The notes below the pieces were generated by a model. It had not been told where the DNA came from and searched no databases. It saw nothing but the letters and a program-made list of their open reading frames with translations. Source: Heteronotia binoei (lineage: Eukaryota). Taken from it: 64,000 bases of DNA. This document shows positions 11,745 to 21,918 of this stretch, piece after piece. Each line of letters opens with the position of its first letter. Position 1 is the stretch's first letter. The stretch is taken from contig NC_083236.1 of assembly GCF_032191835.1 (NCBI RefSeq), forward strand, positions 14,942,001 through 15,006,000, read 5' to 3'. The position numbers and the translations under genes are program-made.

Positions 11745-12461
11745 TCCTATAGTATTTAATTATTAACTTGGGTTCCCAATTTATGTGTGTTTAGGTTGAC
11801 AGAAAACAACAAAAATATTTAGAATTATTAATTTTTTTAAAATTTTAATCAAATAAAACTTTGTGCTTGTAGTACACTGTGATCAAGAAATGAAGAGACT
11901 GAGATTTGGAACATCAAGCTGATCATACATTAAAATAAATTGAACTGGAGGGAGCCGTGAAGGAACTACAACAGATCCCTAAGTCTAAGAGTTTAAACTA
12001 TGGGCAAAACCCCCCCATTTTTTACAGTAAGAGTAGTTCAGCAATGGAATCAGCTGCCTAAGGAGGTGGGCAGCTCCCCCTCTTCAAACTGCAGCTGGAT
12101 GGTGAAACACTCATCAGGGATGCTTTATTCTGCATTGAGCAGGGGGCTGGACTAGATGGCCTCTTTGGCCACTTCCAGTCTACTTTGTGTAGAATATGAG
12201 AGGCTTTGGATTGTTTAAACATTTTACAAATACCATGATAATGCACAGAACAAATTTATTATCCCCATATTTTTAGTTGCCAGAGCTGGGAGAAAATGAC
12301 TTAATAATCCTGCAATATAATTCAATACTCCTATCTCTCCATGACAGGGCTGTGCCATGGCACTTGTAAATGCTGCGCTGGGAGTGACAGCCATTCCATT
12401 TCTCTGCCTCATTTTCTGTCAAAGAAAACACCTCAAAGCCTCTCCGTGTAACAAAAATAAT

Positions 12462-13582
12462 ACTCCAGTCCTGGAGGTTGGCAAAGTACATTTTCCCCTG
12501 TCACTCCAGTCCTGGAGGTTGGCAAAGTGCATTTTCCCCTGTCAATCCAGTCCTGGAGGTTGGCAAGGTACATTTTCCCCTGTCAATCCAGTCCTGGAGG
12601 TTGGCAAAGTACATTTTAGCCTGTCAATCCAGTCCTGAAGGTTGGCAGAGTAACTTTTCACCTGTCAATCCAGTCCTGGAGGTTGGCAAAGTACATTTTT
12701 GCCTGTCAATCCAATCCTGGAGGCTGGCAGACTACCTTTTACCCTGTCAATCCTGTCCTGGAGGTTGGCAGAGGGCCTTTTCCCCTGTCAATCCAGTCCT
12801 GGAGGTTGGCAGAGGGCCTTTTCCCCTGTCAATCCTGTCCTGGAGGTTGGCAGAGGGCCTTTTCCCCTGTCAATCCAGTCCTGGAGGTTGGCAAAGTACC
12901 TTTTCCCCTGTCAATCCAGTCCTGGAGGTTGGCAGAGGGCCTTTTCCCCTGTCAATCCAGTCCTGGAGGTTGGCAAGGTACCTTTTCCCCTGCCAATCCA
13001 GTCCTGGAGGTTGGCAAAGTACATTTTTGCCTGTCAATCCAATCCTGGAGGCTGGCAGACTACCTTTTACCCTGTCAATCCTGTCCTGGAGGTTGGCAGA
13101 GGGCCTTTTCCCCTGTCAATCCAGTCCTGGAGGTTGGCAAAGTACCTTTTCCCCTGTCAATCCAGTCCTGGAAGTTGGCAGAGTACCTTTTACCCTGTCA
13201 ATCCAGTCCTGGAGGTTGGCAAAGTACCTTTTCCCCTGTCAATCCAGTCCTGGAGGTTGGCAAAGTACCTTTTCCCCTGTCAATCCTGTCCTGGAGGTTG
13301 GCAGACTACCTTTTACCCTGTCAATCCAGTCCTGGAGGTTGGCAAAGTACCTTTTCCCCTGTCAATCCAGTCCTGGAAGTTGGCAGAGTACCTTTTCGTC
13401 TGTCAATCCAGTCCTGGAGGTTGGCAAGGTACCTTTTCCCCTGCCAATCCAGTCCTGGAGGTTGGCAAGGTACATTTTCCCCTGTCAATCCTGTCCTGGA
13501 TGTTGGCAAGGTACATTTTCCCATATCAATCCAGTCCTGGAGGTTGGCAAAGCACTGTCAATCCAGTCCTGGAAGTTGGCAG
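12462..13582. repeat. Minisatellite, 41-bp unit x ~27
   Basis: Consensus AATCCAGTCCTGGAGGTTGGCAAAGTACCTTTTCCCCTGTC. The ORF translations repeat every 41 aa (3 units). Confidence 0.97.
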
Positions 13583-13587
13583 ACGAT

Positions 13588-13779
13588 TGTCCATAGGAAA
13601 CAATAGCAGAGCCTGGATGGTCCATAGAATATAATGGGAGAGATTATCCATTCCAGGTTTTTCTTGCAACCGTTTCTGTGCAATGTATTTCAATGAAGCC
13701 CATGCAAGTCAATGGACAATCTTCTCTCCCATTATATCCTATGGACCATCTAGGCTCTGCTATTGTTTCCTATGGACCA
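13588..13779. repeat. Fold-back element with ~65-bp imperfect inverted arms
   Basis: tgtccataggaaacaatagcagagcctggatggtccatagaatataatgggagag ... ctctcccattatatcctatggaccatctaggctctgctattgtttcctatggacca. Confidence 0.85.
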
Positions 13780-13999
13780 TCCTGTCATTCGTTTTAGTAC
13801 ATCCCACCCAGAAGAACCCCCGAGGAGAAAGAAGATTGGGAGCTGCCAGTGCGACTGCAGCTGCAAAGACTGCATAATACACTCCCTGGAGCTTGCCTTG
13901 GTGGCTGCCTGCAAGCATTGTCGGAAAAAAGAGTGATTTCTCTTTTGCTTGGAGCTGAAAACAGTGTTGGAGATACAGTCCAGGTTGGTCTGTCTAGAG

Positions 14000-14164
14000 C
14001 AGGGGTCCTCAAACTACGGCCCACGGGCCAGATGCGGCCCGCTGAGGACTTTTATGCGGCCCGCCGGGTTATGGCAAAATCAGACCGGAAGTGACGTTCG
14101 ACCTAAACTCGCGTTAGCAACGCACACTTCTGGCACTGGGCTGAGGCGGCGGAGACAGAGTGTG
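14000..14164 (+). mobile_element. 5' end of a Charlie-type hAT transposon (OC1/hAT1-like terminus)
   Basis: CAGGGGTCCTCAAACTACGGCCC... preceded by a GTCTAGAG target site; CpG-rich; no matching right TIR found. Confidence 0.65.
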
Positions 14165-14239
14165 ATTGGGTGGCCATAATATCTGCAGGCCAGCCAGGGA
14201 TACCTTGAGGGGGGAATGATTGTGTGTGCGCGTGCGCGC

Positions 14240-14470
14240 CGGTGGAAACAGGAAGTGACATCACTTCCGGTGACGGCACTTCCGGTGACGTCATGCCACC
14301 GCCGGAAACAGGAAGTGACATCACTTCCTGTGACATCGTTTCCCCGCGCCGCCTGCCGGAAGCAGGAAGTGACAGCACTTCCTGTGACGTCATTTCCCCC
14401 AAATATCACTGCCGGAAACATGAAGTGATGTCACTTCCCCAAATTGCCACTTCTGGAAACAGAGACTTCT
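14240..14470. repeat. Cluster of GGAAGTGAC/GTCACTTCC quasi-palindromic motifs
   Basis: Repeated ggaagtgacatcacttcc, cacttccgg and tgacgtca. Confidence 0.8.
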
Positions 14471-14834
14471 GGTGACATTACCACCCCCAAAATATACAAC
14501 TTGAAAAAAGAAGAGAAACTTCACGATGTTCCCTGCTGAAGAAAAAAAGGCTCCAACAGCAACTCCTCTTGAGTCAGATTCACAGGAAAACAATCCACTA
14601 TCTTTGATACCTGCTTGTGCTGACAAACATTTCAACAAGACTGTCCTATCACTAACAGCTTTGCTCAGATTGAAGGCCATGGCTTCCTTTATTCAGTCAA
14701 TCCATCTCATGATGAGTCTTCCTTTCCTGCTGCTTCCAACTTTCCTAGCATTATTTTTCCCCCCACTGAGTCTTGTTTTCTCATGATGTGACCAAACTAG
14801 TAGTAAGCAGCAAACACATACCAGGATCTAGAGG

Positions 14835-15017
14835 AGAGCAAGAGACCAGTAGCACCTTAAAGACTAACAAAATCGGTGGCAGGGTATGAGTTTTCTTGAA
14901 TCTCTGCTCACTTCTTCAGATCTGAAGAAGTGTATCTGAACCGAGCTGTGACTCATGAAAGCTCATACACTGCCACAAATTGTGTTAGTCCTGAAGATGC
15001 TATTGGACTTTTGCTCT
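14835..15017. mobile_element. Palindromic Penelope-like-element derivative
   Basis: Head-to-head arms around a perfect 24-bp palindrome CACTTCTTCAGATCTGAAGAAGTG (14909-14932). Confidence 0.7.
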
Positions 15018-17114
15018 TTTCAACAAACATGGCTATCCATCTTGTTCTATATCAGCTTCTACTAAGCCTTAATAGTTAGCCAAAAGGCAGGCAAGCAGTG
15101 CTCTGAAGGAGTTTTTTGCAAGGATAAAAGTGCTGTGTCTCTTCAAGTAGGCCAGGGAAGTCATGCAATTTCACGGGTCCGCTGTTGCAAATACAGAAGC
15201 ACTTTCATTAGGTACAGTCCCAGCACATTTTCACCTCTTCAGCCAACAAGCTAAACTTATGGTTATCATGCTTTAATTATAGCAAGATCCCTCACAAAGA
15301 TCACTGTGACAGGATCAGGAAGAAGAGAAACCCAACAGTTATCGGAAGCTCATAGGGCAGGGACTGTATCACTTGCACACATCTCACTGTTGGCACTGTT
15401 TGCAAGGGTGTAGGAGGAAAGCACATCGCAGAGGCAAGTGTAGTTGCACCTCCACCCCTTTTCCCGTGTCTTCTACATTCTTTCCACATATACCATAGGC
15501 AAGCCTTTGCAACATAAAGGAGAAGAGTTGGCTTTACCCGCCTTCACTACCCGAAGGAGTCTTGGAGCGGCTTACATTTGCCTTGCCTTCCTCTCCCCAC
15601 AACAGACATGAGTTAGGTGGGGCTGAGAGAGCTCTAAGAGACAGCTGTGGCTGGCTCAAGACCACCCAACTGGGCACATGTGGAGCTATGGGGAATCAAA
15701 CCCGGTTCTCCAGATTAGAGTCCGCTGCTCTTAATCACTACACAAAGCGGGAAGAAGTAAAATCCATGACTGAAAGATGGCATGAAGAGAATTGGGGAAG
15801 AGCTTGCGCATAAATCCATTCACACAGGAAGCCAAGTAGGTTTCACACAGAGTATGTACCTTAGACACTATCCATCTATCATCAACAATACACAGGACAC
15901 TGAGAAACTAGGAAGACTCAGCACTCCATCTGCTTTTACACAGCTGTACTTTTGAAAGCAGCAGAAAAGCACAGAAATACTTTAGTGGAAGGTTATCTCT
16001 GCACTGCTGCTGTTACCTCCACCTCCTCTCTTTTTCTTGCCAATGCAGAGCCTGCTGATGATGCCAACCAGATACATACAAAAAGGGGCACTGCCTTACA
16101 GGACAGATAGGAGGAAAATGAGCTTCCTCACTAATACACTCCTGAATATTGTAACAGGGAAATGGGAAACTGGAAAGGAGAATAAATCTAGTGCTCAGCT
16201 CCAATGGGGGGGGGGGGAATTATATGTAGTTTACATCCTCAATCCAGCCACTGCCATTTATATTACCCAAAATTAAGTGTGTGGATGGGGGGAGAGAGGC
16301 AAGGAAGAAAAGGTGAAGGAGAACGGACGATGTAGAGGCTTCTCTTTGAAAGGCAATCAGTAGAAAGGAACTGTGCACAAAGAGTGTGTCTTGCACAATA
16401 ATTTCACATATAAAAATACCTCATGCAATGGCCTGACTAAACTGCTACAACAGTTGTCAATAGACTCAGGTAAGAAGAAACCCAAAGAAGGTCTTTTCAA
16501 GCCCCAGAGATTTAACCTTTTACCTAGAAGCCAGGCATTACCATGCACCCAGCCATGCATTATCATATCATGCTCCCCTTTATAGTTTCCCAAGCCAGAC
16601 CCCTTCTCCGTCACAGCGTATTTGCAACGTAATGTATGGAGACCTTTCACAGCAAATCAGACTACAGCCCAGCGCTCTCAGGCAGAGAAAGGACTCTCCC
16701 AGATTTGTTAAACTAAATCTTTTAATCGGGTACAACAAGGGATTGAAACGGGGACCTTCCGCACGCATACAGTGCGATATCAAGCACCAAAGACTGTCGG
16801 ACAGCCGGCTCCCCACAGCCCATCAACATGCACCCCGTGGGAATTAGCCAGAGCAAAGTCCAGCGCCGTCCCTACCCGGCAGCGATTCTCTACCCAAGCT
16901 CACTTGGGACCTTCTGCATGCAAACCATGTGCTGCTACTAGCACCCTGCTCGGCATACTACCCTCTGCAAATTCCCGGGAGCCGCCATTCAGCACCCTTC
17001 CTCCCTTCTGCTGCCTCTTGCCCCCTCACCCTTATTGCCAGAGGCTCCTCCTCCTCCTCCCCCGCAGGGACCCCAAGGGAGAACCCCCATCCCCTCTCCG
17101 AAATGCCCACCTTG

Positions 17115-17642
17115 TAGGGTTGCCAAGTCCAATTCAAGAAATATCTGGGGACTTTGGGGGCGGAGCCAGGAGACTTTGGGGGGTGGAGCCAGGAGACATT
17201 GGGGTGGAGCCAGGAACAAGGGTGTGACAAGCATAATTGAACTCCAAAGGGAGTTTTGGCCATCACATTTCAAGGGACTGAACACTTTTTAAATGCCTTC
17301 CTTCCATAGGAAATAATGAAGGATAGGGGTACCTTCTTTGGGGGCACATAGAATTGGACCCTCTTGTCCAATCTTTTTGAAACTTGGAGGGTGTTTTGGG
17401 GAGAGGCACCAGATACTACGCTGCAAATTTGGGGTCTCTACCTCAAAAAACAGCCCCCCCCCAGAGCCCAAGATACCCGCAGATCCATTCTCCATTATTT
17501 CCTATGGGAATACATCTCCATAGGGAATAATAAAGTTCCCAGCAGATATTCCCCCCCCCCCCAATTTCTGATGACCCTGAAGCAGGGAGAGGGCCTCCAA
17601 ACCAGGGGATCCCCTGCCTCCACCTGTGGATTGGCAACCCTA
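17115..17642 (+). mobile_element. hAT MITE family A
   Basis: Perfect 11-bp TIRs; TSD not evident. Confidence 0.88.
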
Positions 17643-17942
17643 CCTCTATCGTGTCCCCCTTTTAGCCCATCTCTTCTAAAAATGAAAAGTCTCAGAATAG
17701 CTATGAAATTCGCTATGTGGGGCAGGCGGGCCTTAAGAGGTTCTGAGTTGTGGTTTAGAGGGGAAAAAACACTCACCGAGCTTAATCAATGAAAACGGAG
17801 AAGGATCTGGGCGGTTGTGATGACAGAGAGAGTTTCTCTGTCCCGTTTATATACCTCCCCCAGAACTGAGGTTTCACCAGATTAGCAGATCGTGATGAAA
17901 CGACTCCTGCAATCAGGCTGCTGCGGGGGAGAGGTGGAGTAA

Positions 17943-18013
17943 GAGAAATACAACATACTCCTGTTTCTTACATTCAGGCTGAATGTAAGAAACAGGAGTA
18001 TGTTGTATTTCTC
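17943..18013. repeat. Perfect 71-bp palindrome (35-bp arms, 1-nt spacer)
   Basis: GAGAAATACAACATACTCCTGTTTCTTACATTCAG-G-CTGAATGTAAGAAACAGGAGTATGTTGTATTTCTC. Confidence 0.97.
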
Positions 18014-19464
18014 AGAGTACATATCAGATATTTCGTATTAAGACTTATTATTAACACTTTCTTAGCAAGAGTATGCACATCTGCCTAAAGGTCAGCATGC
18101 TCCTAAGAGTTTTGCTACAATGAGTTTTCTTGCTTTTAAAGGGACTCCAAAGAACATCTGGGCCACTGGAAATAAGTGCATGGGTTGTTTCTAAAGTGCC
18201 AGTTTAAACATATGAACATAGGAAGCTGCTTTATACTGAATCAGACCCTTGGTCCATCGAAGTCATTATTGTCTACTGGGACTGGCAGCGACTCTCCAGG
18301 GTCAAATGAGTTTTATTTATTTTGTACTAATGTGTTGTTGTTTTTAATTTGGGGGATTTAAAATGCTTTTGTTTCTGATTTGGGCAGGAGGAAGGCAAGC
18401 TTGTAAATATTTTAAATAATGAATAATCTTCAAGGGCACCTCTTCATAGATGCTCAACCCATTTTCTCTTAGGAAAAATCAAGCAGGTTAGTTCTGCATT
18501 AGTTTGGGTGCTGATATGCAGCTGAGTTGAGTGTGCCCTGCTGTTTTGTGTTTCTGCTGATCAATAACTGTAGCCTAAGAATGCTCATTGAGCTACTAAA
18601 ACCTGTACCTGACCTGTACAAGACTACTAAAATGATAGTACAAGACTACTAAAATGATACAATGCATCACCTGTATAAAACAGAGAAAGGCAATCTGTCC
18701 CCAAATAGGTAAGAGAGAAGGTTGTGAGCCAGACCTTCTCCCTGACCTTTTTAGGGGGCATTTTTTATAAGTTGGAATTTTTTTTTCCATGCGAGACAAT
18801 ACAAACCAACATGGTTCTTCCACCTACATTCTCTGCGGTGCAATCAAGGCACATGTTTAGCACCTCAGTGAGGGTCAGGTGTGACAAGATATTGTGAAGG
18901 GGTAGCTGTGCCACTCTGTTATAGCAAAATAAAAGTTCACTGGCACCTTAAAGACAAACCACATTTATTTTACTCTGTCACAAGAGAGAGAGACTGGTGT
19001 AGAGGCTAGGAGTGTGGACTCTAATCTGGGAAAACCAAGTTTGATTCCCTGCTTGGACTTCAACTTTTTTTTAATATATATAAATATATTTATTGTTTTC
19101 ATCATTTACATCGAGCTTATCCTTTTCCTCATACAAAGTATACATTTAAATCTCTATCCCCCTTTACAAGGTATTCTTGCTCAGTCCTTTGAGTCTAAAT
19201 GTTCTTATATCAATCCATATTGAGGCCTCCGCTTGGATTTCAACTGACAGCCGGAACGGTGGATTACATCTGCAGAATGTTGCAGGTGATGTATAATAAA
19301 ATAGAGACCTTATGCAAACAGGTGGGAAATGTAAAAAAATGTAAATGCTTCAAGGGAAGTAATGGACCTTCTGATGACTTTAGCTATCAGGCTGGACTCC
19401 CCATGGGGCTTTATGGGACTAAAAAAATATGGCTTGGATTCTTGTCGTGATGAATTGAGATAAT

Positions 19465-20042
19465 AGGGTTCCATTTACCTGTAACTGTTGTTCAGCGATG
19501 TCTTCTCTGCAGACACACACTGGGACTGCACTTGTGCAGGCCAGCCATGGTGAGTGATTTTCTAGCTAAATAAAAACTCTGCAGCTGGGATGGTCTCTCT
19601 GCGTCCCAACTGTGCATGCGTGGAACCCCGCAGAATGGGTCATGTGACCAATGCTCCCTCTAAGCTGCAGACTCTTGTGAGAAAAAATTCTACTTCGTGA
19701 GCTACTGGCATTAAGGTTCTGAGCTTCTGCATAAATTAGTTTGCTACGGGGCCATTTTCTCTGAGCTAAGACAAAAATATGTGAGCTGGAGGTGAAAAAA
19801 CTTTGAGCTAGCGTACACTAACTCAAAATAGATGGAACACTGCATGTGACCCAGGATGGACTGCCCTTCCTTCCCTCAATTCCATAACCAGCTTCCGTGA
19901 GCCCTCAATAACAGCCACTATACCAATAATAATAATAAACAATCTTTAGTACAATATGAGAGTCCACATGGGGTAGGAGGGAGGGAATGTGTGTCTGCAA
20001 AGGAGACATCGATGAACAACAGTTACAGGTAAATGCAACCCT
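19465..20042. mobile_element. DIRS-like non-autonomous element (inverted termini only), with a nested MITE at ~19650-19843
   Basis: ~55-bp inverted repeats agggtt(c/g)catttacctgtaactgttgttca..gatgtc....tgcagacacaca, resembling reptile DIRS termini as I recall them. Confidence 0.65.
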
Positions 20043-20053
20043 GTTTTCTACTG

Positions 20054-20250
20054 CATATGAACATATGAAGCTGCCTTATACTGAATCAGACCCTTGGTCC
20101 ATCAAAGTCTTGTCTACTCAGACTGGCAGCAGCTCTCCAGAGTCTCAAGCTGAGGTTTTTCACGCCTATTTGCCTGGACCCTTTTTAGCTGGAGATGCCT
20201 GGGATTGAACCTGAGACCTTCTGCTTACCAAGCAGATGCTCTAGCCACTG
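20054..20250 (-). mobile_element. tRNA-derived SINE (second family, CR1-like tail)
   Basis: Inverse of the copy at 56822-57040; A/B-box head. Confidence 0.8.
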
Positions 20251-20352
20251 TCCCTCCCCTTGCAGCCCAACATTGGGACTACTCGCAAGCTTTACCTTAG
20301 GAGGTGGGGTGAGTATCATATTGGAGTAATGAGTGCAGAATTGCTTCACCCA

Positions 20353-20883
20353 CCTGTGACGAAGCAAGCCTTCAGGGCTGCAAAGGCCTGGTCAGCCTCT
20401 GAGGTCCAATGGAATGGTTCCTTGGGTCGGAGGAGCTGGGTCAGAGGAGTGGTCAAGGATGTATAGGACGGGATGAACTGGCGGTAATAGTTTATTGAGA
20501 TGTTATCCTGCCCACTGGGCAGCAAGAAACAACGGGCTTGACATAGTTCGAGAAGCCAAGGAAATGTTGCAGGTCTTTGCAATTGCGGGGGGCTTGCCAA
20601 GTTTGCACGGCTTCCACTTTCTTTGGGTCCATTCGGATCCCCTGGGGTGACACGATATTGCCGAGGAGCTTTTTGAATTTGGCATAGAGGCCATGGTACT
20701 GTAGGCACTGCAGAACCTGGCGAACGTGCTCGGTGTATTGGCAGAGCTGCTGGTATATATCAAAATGTCGGCAAGATATATGATGATGAAGAGGTTGAGC
20801 AGGTCCCGAAAGATGTCGTTCATCAGCTGCTGGAAGATGGCGGGGGCATTGGTCAGCCTGAACGGCATTACTAGGTACTCATA
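20353..20883 (-). mobile_element. Degenerate Ty3/Gypsy (sushi-like) RT/linker fragment, 3' part
   Basis: [25 protein letters not shown]...IYLADILIY, then YYRQFIPSY...PLTQLL...FHWTSEADQAFAALK; frameshifted. Confidence 0.85.
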
Positions 20884-20917
20884 TCAACCATTTTGTTGTT
20901 GTTTATTTATTTATTAC

Positions 20918-21768
20918 TGTGGCGGAACCGGCCCGATTCTGGTTTCAGACCCGGTCCCGTCAGCTCCCTATTGAGTCGCCAACTCCTGGAGGGAGCTATT
21001 TCTCCTCCTGCCCCTTGGGCTCGCTGCCACCACCTGCTCAGTCCCGGGGTTCAGATTGAGAGGAACAGGACTCCCAATCCCCCTCTCCAGCTGCGAGGCT
21101 AGGCCTCCAGGTCCTCTGCCACCCTGCACTTGGGTTTCACAGAGACCTCAGCGCTTCTTTGGGGCACCCCTGGAGGATTGGCACCTTATCCAACTGCATG
21201 CCTTCCCCCTTCCCCGGGGCCCCCTTCTCAAAAACAGCGTGGTCTAAAGCGGTCTGGGGATCTAGGTGGTACAGAGATTGACTGCCAGCATTTAAACAGT
21301 AAAAATATATTTATTTAAAAAGAGAAAAAGATAGGAAAAGAAAAACAAAACAAAAACAGTTGCATCTACCAAATTAGCACAGCACAGCCCAGCTCAGCAC
21401 AGCCCAGCACAGCAACCAGTATAACAAAGAAAAGGTGATTATACACGCATCCGGCTGGCCCTGCTCTAAACTTGCCCTGTCTTGTGAATTACTTACTTAG
21501 TCTGCCTGCCTGGGCCTTCCCAGGCAGGAGCCTCCATTGCTCACCACATGCTCGCTCGAGCCCCAGTTCAAATCTGGCTTCTCTTCCTGCCTAACACATG
21601 CAAGGAACAACAGCACTTCCTGCCTCTCTAGGAGATTTTCCCCCCTAGCGTTGTTGGTTTGGCTCTGGAAGGGAGGGGGGGGGAAGGCTACAAAGCCTGC
21701 TGAATGGATTTACTGATCCCTGCCTTTTTGGATGAAGCACCAACACTCTCAGATGGCGTTTCTCCACA
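20918..21768 (-). repeat. 3' LTR (851 bp)
   Basis: By manual comparison it differs from 24419-25283 by 2 substitutions, one C in a C-run, and three AGCAC microsatellite units. Confidence 0.95.
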
Positions 21769-21918
21769 CGTCCCCCTCCTTAAATTCTGAGCCGGAGGGG
21801 TTGCCTCCTACAGAGGTGACCCCGTAGCAGAATCCAAACAAACAAGGAGAAACCCATTAACCCAAAATATTACACAAACATTCAGGTATTTCTCCAATAA
21901 TACACAAAGTCCAGCACC

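Noticed and set aside
12478-13634. Three overlapping ORFs of 307-372 aa
   Set aside because: Artefact of a stop-free 41-bp tandem unit. All frames give the same 41-aa cycle, stops appear in the diverged left edge, and there are no gene signals. A random 41-mer is stop-free roughly 1 time in 7.
16300-17114. Endogenous viral element behind the 71-bp hairpin (parvovirus-like hairpin + TATA layout)
   Set aside because: The listed ORFs show no NS1/Rep/capsid motifs, and the recognisable pieces are degraded tRNA-SINE relics.
18616-18659. Perfect 22-bp tandem duplication GTACAAGACTACTAAAATGATA x2
   Set aside because: Ordinary slippage duplication in intergenic DNA with no functional context.
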